Notes under the pieces: generated by a model | What the model was told of the DNA's origin: nothing | What the model saw: the letters and a program-made list of their open reading frames with translations, nothing else | Databases searched by the model: none | Shown: positions 11,401 through 19,367 of the stretch, piece by piece | Numbering within the stretch: the stretch's first letter is position 1 | Layout: each line of letters opens with the position of its first letter | Virus record (IMG/VR): IMGVR_UViG_3300008963_000001 | Location: 32,001-96,000 of that record | Reading direction: 5' to 3' (one strand) | DNA from: a virus | DNA length: 64,000 nucleotides | Translations under genes and position numbers: made by a program

Positions 11401-14400
11401 CCAGTATTTCGAAATATGTATACAGAACCTTGATTTTGTAAGTTTATATCGGCCTTGGGGCTAGATACTACCAGCAATGATCCGGCAGCGTCAACATCTA
11501 AATCAAAACCAAACTCGTCGCCCGAGCTTATTTCTATAAACTGGCTGTCGTCGGCTAAAATCGTGCTGGTTGATATTGTCTGGTCTAAGACATATTTTCC
11601 TAGATCATTTTTCTTAAATACAAAAACTTTACCGGTCGGAGTTGCGGTGCTGTCTCCAATATTTTTCCACGGCAGGCCGACTGGTTCTTGTCCGTAACTG
11701 AATATTGAGGAATCAGATGTTTCTAGATCATTTACCAATTGATGATACGATCCTTGATATTTTACAACATCATTTTCTTTGTATTCGTAATCACTTCTCC
11801 AGACGCCTTTGTAGTTTTCAAAATATTGATCGTCGGCAAACGGTGCGCTGACAGCAAGAACAGAACCATCTGTGTTTGATTTTATTCTATGGCCAAACTG
11901 CTCGCCTTCAGAAATAAGTGGTAATACTTCTGTGTCTGTTGCGCCGAAGTTCAGTGTAGAATCAAAAAATGTTTGTGTTGTGTCTAACTGCAACATCGGT
12001 CCTAAATGACCAGCGGAAGCAATTGTCCATGCGTTGCTTTCGACCGGGTATTTGATATTTGCCTCGCTAGCAGGGAAAACATTTTGCTGAGCTTGATAAA
12101 GATTTCCATCAAACCATACAATACTGCCCACCGGATAGAAAGGATTAGTTCTTACAGTTCCGTTGCTGATAAAACCAGCCTGGTCACCGTCAATCTTTGC
12201 TATGATTCTATCACCCACAGAATAGAATATTCCAGTAGAGCCGTTAATTTCATTCCAATCTGTATCACCTAGTGTTTCTATGAGTAGATCTTGGCCTGTT
12301 TTAATTTGATTAATAGGCAAGACTGTGCCAGGATCATAAGCACCTGCAAAACTATAATCTGTAGCATGTATCCAATCATTGCCTACGTATTTGTACACAT
12401 AGACGGCACCGGTGCTGTTGTTTGCTCCGGGAGCAGAAACAAACATTGTATATTCGTCGTTGTTTTTGCTGATTGAAATTTGTGATCCGAACAGCTCTAG
12501 GTCTGTCGGTCTAGGACTTACAAAGCTAAACTCATGCTCCCATTGATCATTCTTATATTCATATATGTCTATCATCCCTTGAGATGCAAGCGAGCTTCTT
12601 CGACCGGTGAATGTTGCTGGAATGTTTTTAGCAAATTGCCATCTATCATTATATACATCAATTGTGCTGCCGTCGCCTTCGATTTCTTCTTTGGGTGTCC
12701 ATAATAGTCCATCGTGCAACACAATATCTCGACTAGAATAATTGCCTCTTGGGTCAAAAGCACCTTTATAGTTGCTTGGAACATCGCCGGCCTTAGGAGA
12801 GCCTACAGCAAGCCATTTTTCGTCAGGGCTTACAGCTATTGATTCTCCGAACGACCTTTCTACGAAGCTGGATAGGCCAGGAACAGGTTGGACAATTTGT
12901 TTTAAATCCAACGATTTTCTATTATCTAGGTAAACAGGAATACTAGCTGTAGCTGGATCTGACGCTAATATTTGCTTTTTATTTGCAATGTACTTTACAA
13001 CAGAGCCTAATCTACCCGGTTGACTGATAGCATCTTCGCTAACGTTTTTTGATTGATATAATTTTTGTTTTTCTAAGACTGACCATTTATTATTTTGATC
13101 GCTATCAACAAACAATTTAGAGCCTTCGCGAAGATGTGCAACAGCATCTTCTGGCATGCTTTCGTAATCAACAAATCTTGCTTCTTCGAGTCTATAAACT
13201 GATGCCTGGGTGCTATCGTCTGGCTCGGGATCGTCTGCATCGGGCGCCTTTAGTATGGTTACGGTTTTAGGTCCAATGCTTTGGATCTGATAGATACCAT
13301 TAAAATTTGTAATATTTTTAAAACCAACATATTCATCTGGTTGAAAATTGTGATAACGATTAAACTCAACTGTTATCGTATTGGTATCAGCAACGATTCC
13401 TGTTACACTTAGTTCAGGAGTAAGTAAAAATCTTAAAACAGTCCAATCTCTTCCGTCGAACGTAATCCAAATATGATCTCCATCGACTATATCTTCGATG
13501 TTAAGTGCCGGCAAGTCTTGTCTAGTACGAACTACAAATTCAGTTTGATCTGTTCTTACGTACCCTGCTGTTCGAGATGCATGTGTCGCGGCCGTTACAG
13601 GTATTACATCAGTAACAAACTTATCGTTGCCGATAGTAAAGTTGTCTGCATTAATTCTATAATAAAAATCGGCTGCGTTGTCTGTGTTTCCGTCAATTAA
13701 AACCAGTTGCGGGTCTGATTCGAATTTATCCTTTCTTAGTTCAATTTCATATTCTTGAGTCTGATCTATACCTCCCAAGAAGCCCGAACGAATTGCCCAT
13801 TCCTCATTTAATTCTAGACTGTCTTCGTCTGCGTTGTCACTTAATTTATCGAAAACCTTGTCTAGTGCATTTCTTGTGCCTTTTTCCTGTATAAATCCTT
13901 GATATAATCTAAATTGTGTTACAGGATCTTCCGCAATATTCTGCAGATATTGTCTAGGTTGATATCCAATATTGTGTCGTGCAAGCAGTTTTTGATTTTC
14001 GCTGATTCCGCTGCTTGTTACTTCAAAATAGTCTTCAAAGCTGTTAATTCTATAATCAAAGTTAGGAACAAGTTGTTTTTCTGGCTGAGAATCTAGTTTA
14101 GACCAATTGCTGTCATCAAAAAACTCTTTACCAGTTTGATTTCTAAGGCTTACCCAATTATAACTTTTATATCTAACAATGTCGCCTAAGTTATAGTCTA
14201 CAAACGGCTGCCAGTCTCTAATGTTTACGTTATCGAACAAGAAACCAGGAGAAGTATAATCGCCGTCCCAATCTACAGTTCTAAAACCTTGTGATTTAAT
14301 TCTACCTTGCCTATAACCTGTGGATTTGTCATATATTACATCATTAAACACTGTTCTATCAGTAAACACTGTGACGTGTTCTTTGAGCACATAATTCAAT

Positions 14401-17400
14401 TGTAGGAAGAATATGCCGTCGTTTATGTTTTCTACGCCGATTTCGAAAGATTGAAAGGATCTTTCTACGTTGATAAATTTTGGGTCAATAGTTCGTCCGT
14501 CACTCTTTAATAGATTATAAGGATAAAATCCATCCAGTAGGTTTTCCGCTACACCTACGGGCTTTCTTACTTTGAGTTTTTGCGCTCCTGGCGACACAGT
14601 AAGCAAACTTCCTATTTCCCAATTGTTTTTTGTCCAGAATAAAAATTCTTTTGCTGACGTTGTCCAGTCTTGCGGAGTTTGATTTTCAAAGTCATATTCA
14701 TCAAAAACAAAACCTTGATCGGAGAGATATTCTCCGTACCCCAGTAAGAAATCTACCACGTCCTGTATTGTAGTAAGAGTTGTTCCGTAGGTGAGTCGAG
14801 ATACAGATCTCTTGTTAAACCTTCTGCGTTTAAATGCCTGTGTGCCACCTGTTACAGGAAGTTTAGGCAACTGCGCATACAAGGATGAATCAAATGTCTC
14901 TCCAGATGTGTGTGTTTGGGTAGCACGGTAATAAGTTCCGTTTCTTTCTACGATCGTACCATTGTTATATCTTTGATTTGCAGCCCACGTTACGAACTCT
15001 TCGGATATTCCGCCAACTGTTATGACAGGATCTTGTTGGTTTGACAGAGCATCGTAGTATTCGAAAAATGGATTTATATTGTTATAACCTCTAACACTCC
15101 AACCGTTGTCCTGTTTCTCAAAAATCACACCACTATAAATCAGTGTTTCTACAGGACTGCTCACATTGAAAATGATATCGTAGTTTTCTGGCGGAATAAA
15201 AATACTTTCGTTGGTTGACGAAGGTGACTTCGAGTCTAGCAAAAATTTCTGCTGAGCCTTGTCTACAAACCCGCTCATTCTTACACTGAGATTGGTGTCA
15301 ATATTTTGTATTTTATTTTCTAGAGATTCTCTACCTACACCTAAATCACTTAGATAGTCTTTGACATAATTGATAAGTCCAGCAGTTTGAATTCCGTCGA
15401 TGCTGGGAATTTCAATGTCACTGGGTTTAAAAAATGTTTTGGTATTTGTGTCAACCAATTGTCCTAAGAGATTGCGCTCTGTGGTTTGGCGATCTAAATT
15501 AGTGGTAATAAATTTGAATGGCTTTAACAGGCACATTGCAATCACATAGGCAAATGGCAATTCGGAACTTCTTCTCCAAGCGGCTTCTGCCGGTGCAACA
15601 TCGCCTACCAAGAATGATCCTCGATTGTTGACCAATGCAAAGTTTTTAGCAAACCCGCTGTCTAACGGACTTAATAAATTGCCAGCATCGTCTACGGGTA
15701 TGTGTCCTAGTATTGTCGAACGAGCATATCTAGAATCGAAACCTTGCCTTTCACCTTGTCTGATGTACCCGCGACTGATGTCTTCCCATAAGATGAGGTT
15801 GCCACTAGTGTAAGGTGCAGGGCCGTATTCTTCTTCCCACCACTCAGGCATTTCGGAAAAGCCTAGCATTTCCCAAGGATGCACGTGCGGCTCGTCTGTG
15901 TCATAGATGTATAGATACACACCTCTCCACCAGCCTGGAAGATTTTCAGTGTTAGTATAATCTGTTAGGTTAGAATAGGTGTAGGTAAAACTGTTTTCCG
16001 AATCCAAATAGACGTTGTTAGAGTAATCTATGTTAGAATCAGTTACCCATCTTAGAAATTCTGCAGCAAGTATGCTGTCTAGGTCTTCTTTAGAAAAGTC
16101 TCCCTTGTAATAATAACCGCCAACTACTTGATCTATATCAAAGAAATCTTTATCATAATTTACTTTGATGTTATTGTAAATTCTTTTTTCAAGTTCTAAT
16201 ATTAAATCGTCTCGAAAGTCTCCATAAGTAGTAGTTAGGCTTCCGTCGTGTCCTTGAATGACTTCTCTAGGTTGTGTGAAAGTTGTATCAACATATTTTT
16301 TTGGTTTGAATCGTTTATACGAGCCTAGAGCAGTTGGCGTTGGCGGAATATAATTAGCAGAAGTATTAACATATTCTCTTATCTGTATTCTGTCGCCTTC
16401 GCTTAGGGGTGTAAGAATTGTAATAAAACCAAAATCTGTGTCAAACACATAATCTTGCCCGTGCAACAACTGTTGATCGTTTATGTAGGCATATACTGCA
16501 CGCCTTGATAGAGAATCTAAATCAAAATTTTCGTCTAATGTAAAAGTGGTTATACCCGGATCGTCCACTGTTATGTCTATTGTTGTGTACGCCCCGCTTC
16601 CTATCATGTCGCTGTCAGAGAACGGAGACGCCGGGCTCATTGTTTTTCCAAGATCAGTAATAATTTCGTCTAAGAAGTCTGGAATACTATCATTAAAATC
16701 TATTTCGACGGCCTTTTTAACAAATCTATTTTTAAAATTTGTATAGGATCTTTCAGCAAATTGTATAGCCCGTACTAAATTAGATTGTTTATCACACAGC
16801 ATCAATACACTCAAAGGAGCAATACCGCTGTGCTTTACAAAACGTGTTGCATTTTGTATGTAATTGTTTAGATCACGAACATTGGTGTTACCAGGCAACT
16901 GTCCTGTTAGGCGCGCATCAAATTCAAAAGCGGATTTTAGATGATCTGTTGCTTGTCCTAGTGTAAGGGTTGTAAGAGCCGCATTAAACGGGTTATTTTG
17001 AAGTCCAATGGGTAATTCATAATAGCCTAAGTCAGGGTCTACGTCTCCTATGACCTTAACTGTTACAATGTCATCAGAGTCAAATTGTCTTTCAAATATG
17101 AACGAGTTCTGCTGTCGTTCGTAATTGCTTGATATTTGTTTTCCGTTAACATAAAATCTTATTTCGTGGTCGGGATCGTTTGACAAATTGTCCCAATCAA
17201 CAGTTTGGAAAGTAACTGTGTTTGTCTGTTGTTCTATGTTTGCAAAGTCTACGATTGGTTGTAGATATTTTGAATCTGTTTGGCGCCAGCCGTTGCCTAA
17301 ATTGCCGTCCAAAAGATAGAATGTGGTGTTTATTGGAATTTCAAATGTTTCTATGTTTTCGCCGTATGTAACTGTGCCTCTATCTAAATGCCATTCGAAC

Positions 17401-19367
17401 TGTATATCACCTACATTGTCAATGTTTAGATAGCTGATTGAAAATCCTAACTCACTATCCACAGGCCCGTTTCCTTGAGCATAAGAAAAGATCGAGTTTC
17501 CTCTAAACGTAGACACAGGATAGACATTTGTGTTGCCCAGAATGTTACCTGCGTCATCGAAAAGATCAAACAGGGGTGCTTGGTTTACAGAATCTTTGCG
17601 TTGCGCACGCTGCCAATTCGCTCCATCAAAAAAGAACATAGAGTTACTGTATTGATCGCCTCGTCTAACAAGAACACAGTCGTCCTGTTGAGAGGTTGCG
17701 TCGACGTCTTCGGCCAAATGAATCTGCCTATTGCCATTAAAAGTAATAAACTCTACTCGATAAATTTTGTTGTTGGTTAGCGGATCGGTATCATTTACAA
17801 CAAGAAGTCTTGCTCCGTTAAACAATCTTTCACCGTCTACGCTGTACCCTGCGGATCCTTCTATGGTAGAAAGCACATCTGTTGTAAAGTCGTCAACAAA
17901 GTCCACCGTTTGTTTAGCGGTTATGCCGTGCTGGAAAAGTTTAAGGTTTGGTTTAAATTCAATAATTGGACGTTTTGCACGCAGTTCTTCCGGTGCGGCA
18001 AAATCTTGACCTCGTGTTCTATATGCTTGCTCCAGCACAGATCTATGGAACCATCTGTTGTAGCGGCTCCAGGGGTTTCGATCTCTACTGTCTCTGCGAA
18101 TTAAAACATAATCTTTTTGGCCAGGGAAATTATTGGCGTCGTCAAAAGGCTGTGTGTCGAATCCTGCATTATCAAAAAATACTTCTGGGCTTGTGCCTGA
18201 AATTTCGGGCGGAATCAAATCTTCAAAGTTAGTAAGCGTGATTCCATCGCCTACGCCCTCAATTAACCACGACCCTTTGCTGTATTTTTCTGGAACTGTT
18301 TGGCCAGTGAATTCAATTACAAGGCCGTTTGTAAACTCTATACCGTTAGAGCTGGTATAATTTACTTTTCCGATTATGTCCTTTTCAACATCTAAGAAAG
18401 TATTAGTGTCAGCATCGGCTATAATAAACTGTCCAAGTCTGTTTGGATCGTTAGCACTTTGATAATACAGCAGGTCTGGGGCGTCTAGCGGTACCTCGAA
18501 CGTTATTGTTCCTTGTTCTGCTCCGTTATTTTCAATGCCTTCATTGTACTCAAAACTGTTTCCTGTTGCATTGCTGTCAATCAACTCCCAATCCTGCGAG
18601 TCTACATCTATTGTGCTGTTGTCACTAGGAGTGTTTTCTGCTAGAGATTTAAACAATTGTCCATTTACTACAGCTAAATCGCCAGGAAAATAAGTTTTTG
18701 TGGGATCAAATTGTAGCGACCCCACATCATAATTGGTCTTTATTACAAAACCCTCGTTGGGAGAATTAACTTGGAATTTATAAGTTTGTCCACGATACAG
18801 TGTAATTGTAGGATTATTTGTAAGACCATCTGGTGTAAAGATCCAAGAAGATCCCACACCCTGAATTACTCTATATGTGCTTTGTATAGATTGTGTTTGG
18901 CCCGCAACGTCGAGCGACGGTGGCCCTAGAGGAGCCCAAAAATATTCTCTATAGTTTGTAAATTTGTCCCAATCTATAGGAGGATTCCAAGAATAATGAT
19001 CCTGATCCGAAATTAGGTCATCACGTTCGTTGTTGTTGTTAAAAAATTTAAGCTGGTTTTTTAAATCTAGATAATCATAAAAATCAGTGATTTCGTTTTT
19101 ATCGTTTTTTACATTTACACCGGGTTCAAGCTGGTATCTACTGCGTAGAGTCTCATCAGAATCTAAATAGACACTGTCCCCTCTAAATGTTTTTCCGTAG
19201 CGTTGGCCAAAATACCCTACAATACGTTCTAAACTGCCTGGTTGCGTAATAGGATCTACGACACCAGAAAAGAATTTGTTGTTACTGGCTGTTTGAAAAA
19301 CTTGTGGTAACAGCTCTTGTGTCTTTCTAATAGGGATTCCGCTGTTTGGGTACTTTTTACCAGCCAT
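5487..19367 (-). CDS. Giant multidomain baseplate wedge/fibre protein (4626 aa), positional gp7 equivalent
   Basis: Uninterrupted 13.9-kb ORF directly downstream of gp6. Contains a cupredoxin-like segment (TLYRGQTYKF...APDLLYYQ), FG-GAP-like blades, CBM-like W...Y..GD.V...G..Y repeats and GDG-S/T repeats. Confidence 0.75.
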   Translation of the reverse strand: MAGKKYPNSGIPIRKTQELLPQVFQTASNNKFFSGVVDPITQPGSLERIVGYFGQRYGKTFRGDSVYLDSDETLRSRYQLEPGVNVKNDKNEITDFYDYLDLKNQLKFFNNNNERDDLISDQDHYSWNPPIDWDKFTNYREYFWAPLGPPSLDVAGQTQSIQSTYRVIQGVGSSWIFTPDGLTNNPTITLYRGQTYKFQVNSPNEGFVIKTNYDVGSLQFDPTKTYFPGDLAVVNGQLFKSLAENTPSDNSTIDVDSQDWELIDSNATGNSFEYNEGIENNGAEQGTITFEVPLDAPDLLYYQSANDPNRLGQFIIADADTNTFLDVEKDIIGKVNYTSSNGIEFTNGLVIEFTGQTVPEKYSKGSWLIEGVGDGITLTNFEDLIPPEISGTSPEVFFDNAGFDTQPFDDANNFPGQKDYVLIRRDSRDRNPWSRYNRWFHRSVLEQAYRTRGQDFAAPEELRAKRPIIEFKPNLKLFQHGITAKQTVDFVDDFTTDVLSTIEGSAGYSVDGERLFNGARLLVVNDTDPLTNNKIYRVEFITFNGNRQIHLAEDVDATSQQDDCVLVRRGDQYSNSMFFFDGANWQRAQRKDSVNQAPLFDLFDDAGNILGNTNVYPVSTFRGNSIFSYAQGNGPVDSELGFSISYLNIDNVGDIQFEWHLDRGTVTYGENIETFEIPINTTFYLLDGNLGNGWRQTDSKYLQPIVDFANIEQQTNTVTFQTVDWDNLSNDPDHEIRFYVNGKQISSNYERQQNSFIFERQFDSDDIVTVKVIGDVDPDLGYYELPIGLQNNPFNAALTTLTLGQATDHLKSAFEFDARLTGQLPGNTNVRDLNNYIQNATRFVKHSGIAPLSVLMLCDKQSNLVRAIQFAERSYTNFKNRFVKKAVEIDFNDSIPDFLDEIITDLGKTMSPASPFSDSDMIGSGAYTTIDITVDDPGITTFTLDENFDLDSLSRRAVYAYINDQQLLHGQDYVFDTDFGFITILTPLSEGDRIQIREYVNTSANYIPPTPTALGSYKRFKPKKYVDTTFTQPREVIQGHDGSLTTTYGDFRDDLILELEKRIYNNIKVNYDKDFFDIDQVVGGYYYKGDFSKEDLDSILAAEFLRWVTDSNIDYSNNVYLDSENSFTYTYSNLTDYTNTENLPGWWRGVYLYIYDTDEPHVHPWEMLGFSEMPEWWEEEYGPAPYTSGNLILWEDISRGYIRQGERQGFDSRYARSTILGHIPVDDAGNLLSPLDSGFAKNFALVNNRGSFLVGDVAPAEAAWRRSSELPFAYVIAMCLLKPFKFITTNLDRQTTERNLLGQLVDTNTKTFFKPSDIEIPSIDGIQTAGLINYVKDYLSDLGVGRESLENKIQNIDTNLSVRMSGFVDKAQQKFLLDSKSPSSTNESIFIPPENYDIIFNVSSPVETLIYSGVIFEKQDNGWSVRGYNNINPFFEYYDALSNQQDPVITVGGISEEFVTWAANQRYNNGTIVERNGTYYRATQTHTSGETFDSSLYAQLPKLPVTGGTQAFKRRRFNKRSVSRLTYGTTLTTIQDVVDFLLGYGEYLSDQGFVFDEYDFENQTPQDWTTSAKEFLFWTKNNWEIGSLLTVSPGAQKLKVRKPVGVAENLLDGFYPYNLLKSDGRTIDPKFINVERSFQSFEIGVENINDGIFFLQLNYVLKEHVTVFTDRTVFNDVIYDKSTGYRQGRIKSQGFRTVDWDGDYTSPGFLFDNVNIRDWQPFVDYNLGDIVRYKSYNWVSLRNQTGKEFFDDSNWSKLDSQPEKQLVPNFDYRINSFEDYFEVTSSGISENQKLLARHNIGYQPRQYLQNIAEDPVTQFRLYQGFIQEKGTRNALDKVFDKLSDNADEDSLELNEEWAIRSGFLGGIDQTQEYEIELRKDKFESDPQLVLIDGNTDNAADFYYRINADNFTIGNDKFVTDVIPVTAATHASRTAGYVRTDQTEFVVRTRQDLPALNIEDIVDGDHIWITFDGRDWTVLRFLLTPELSVTGIVADTNTITVEFNRYHNFQPDEYVGFKNITNFNGIYQIQSIGPKTVTILKAPDADDPEPDDSTQASVYRLEEARFVDYESMPEDAVAHLREGSKLFVDSDQNNKWSVLEKQKLYQSKNVSEDAISQPGRLGSVVKYIANKKQILASDPATASIPVYLDNRKSLDLKQIVQPVPGLSSFVERSFGESIAVSPDEKWLAVGSPKAGDVPSNYKGAFDPRGNYSSRDIVLHDGLLWTPKEEIEGDGSTIDVYNDRWQFAKNIPATFTGRRSSLASQGMIDIYEYKNDQWEHEFSFVSPRPTDLELFGSQISISKNNDEYTMFVSAPGANNSTGAVYVYKYVGNDWIHATDYSFAGAYDPGTVLPINQIKTGQDLLIETLGDTDWNEINGSTGIFYSVGDRIIAKIDGDQAGFISNGTVRTNPFYPVGSIVWFDGNLYQAQQNVFPASEANIKYPVESNAWTIASAGHLGPMLQLDTTQTFFDSTLNFGATDTEVLPLISEGEQFGHRIKSNTDGSVLAVSAPFADDQYFENYKGVWRSDYEYKENDVVKYQGSYHQLVNDLETSDSSIFSYGQEPVGLPWKNIGDSTATPTGKVFVFKKNDLGKYVLDQTISTSTILADDSQFIEISSGDEFGFDLDVDAAGSLLVVSSPKADINLQNQGSVYIFRNTGNTFSLAQDISSFERYPNEFFGSSISISSDTSKIAVGAKNSPYAPPVRFDNNSTVFDERTTEFFEEPGYAGSVYLFELKGSKYFLAEKIQEDLQANEGFGSSVDAEGNNIVVGSPHYRLEDGGRGKFRTFNKLVNAESLRTIAQQQAKTNIDLVKSTELYDNINSVKIQDLDVVDSAKGKILNIAESQIDFKTSYDPAVYSFSLELDAVVDPQTAWADRNVGKIWWDVSTAKWLDYEQGELSYRLGNWNRQVTGSRIDIYEWVESRLLPSQWSLLADTTEGLNLGVSGQPLYPEDNVYSVKTLFDPDTQQPTQTLYYYWVRNKTIVGDELTKNLSAASIRDLIENPQSVGSAFIGLSGPNSFILYNFDNVVNESTSLVNFEFYTSLQKQNPVHSEWQLLSEGVATSVPNKKLENKWIDSLVGYNSAGLKVPAENLPTKQKYGILYRPRQSMFVDRFKALEIVTDRVNTVLRQEPFADTISFENLNLVDTTPSPLLNLYDTEVDVFEDLQSIGTSRLKQAVLKPNLADGELETVEILDPGFGYKIAPIVEIEGNGENAEVEVTIDNQGRVNGVTVTRRGRNYTEITLKARRFAVLVKSDSNANGFWGIYSWDDQRQVFFRSLSQAFDTARYWSFADFWKEGYSAERSIVKEIQSVAQEPTVEVEIGDLLRIQEYGSGGWAVFEKVSDSESDFLNKYTLVGRERGTIQFDRSIFDTSLAGIGYDSASAYDGGFYDNNNSQEIRNILKAVKNDIFIGTYAQEYNKLFFATMRYVLVEQAYVDWLFKTSFLKATHRVGNLKQKINYENDSLESYEDYVNEVKPYRSSIREFVSKYKNTDESRTSTTDFDLPAYYNSTQGRVVPTQSTDPIVQEYPWRWWLDNNGFGVVNIEVTDPGSNYVAQPRVLIEGDGTGAEAIAYIANGRVRGVKILNQGQGYTKAPQIKLVGGTSTGDTVARAVAIIGDSKVRSMDLTIKFDRLSALGNYQKFTNSETFVGTGSSAVYSLKYPPSNSNENISVSINNQLALDSDYSITLFKQNVNGYNALKGQITFVEPPAVGDSIEITYTINQEIFDAVDRIDSFYSPGTGMKGKDLDQLMTGVDYGGVKIQGTTFDVTGGWDALPWFTDSWDSVESESDFYVVVDGSTNSIDLPFIPAQGQEINVYLQRQQNIPEPTIDNLQYSSEFNMPTTVRIDDPNFASDGDSSLVTNKNAVMPTFVGDGTSRTVEIGSYVSLNDGDTLIFRPADSDGSVTINDINVLDTRLSGGTLSSIDNAYITANGSTPEEISIDGDGYNTPENTPATEENVPGQVLDSLSITVYQNSISGTTPALTRKIVGDGSTRFFDIGQTILETKSVIVYVDKQQKTFETDYDLNLNSYTLEFFDPPATGSTIEIFSIGLGGLRIIDFKEYVGDGETSLFLTSANFDLTSSIFVTVNGIQTDVEFIDSTELTDQPDKTLVQFGNAPEFNDSIKIVALGAYSNLTSSESDIVTINQESSQHDGSTRSFEITDYANLQEGAENSSVLVEVNNRVLRGVDTVVKIYDGTNNEIVIGTDPEESAGSILNANLTVFKNNEQLEFITDYVFNGTTKTVIINEEALVEGDVIKIENDFRTDFRINENNLIISESVDLQHSDTIQITWFRQYPSQEFISDEYSGGQVKFELNFEPVSASFLYVYLNGERLTLDSEYYLSPDKRSVYLNSQTTESDIIKIFAFGNDVFSLPSAYEIHKDMLNVDRFFRYSKNDIVLQQDLNYYDTEIVVSNAELLYEPDTEKNRPGMIEIDGEKIEYFNKTGNTLSQLRRGALGSPIGESYSAGSKIVSQGISDIIPYSESQERIDFVSDGSSNLIGPLPFIPQKTDIKNWFRNTIPNNYYQCNDVEVFVGGRRLVKTPRQMFNAELGAYSPESDETVEADFSVSGEDTFIRLTAVPEAGTRITVIKKTGSSWYDRGESTATTGESLIDNNSVIAKFIQEKNTELPE

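Noticed and set aside
5487-19367. Intein or fused mobile nuclease explaining the size of the giant ORF
   Set aside because: I recognised no intein N-terminal block, His-Asn-(C/S/T) junction or LAGLIDADG/HNH motif.
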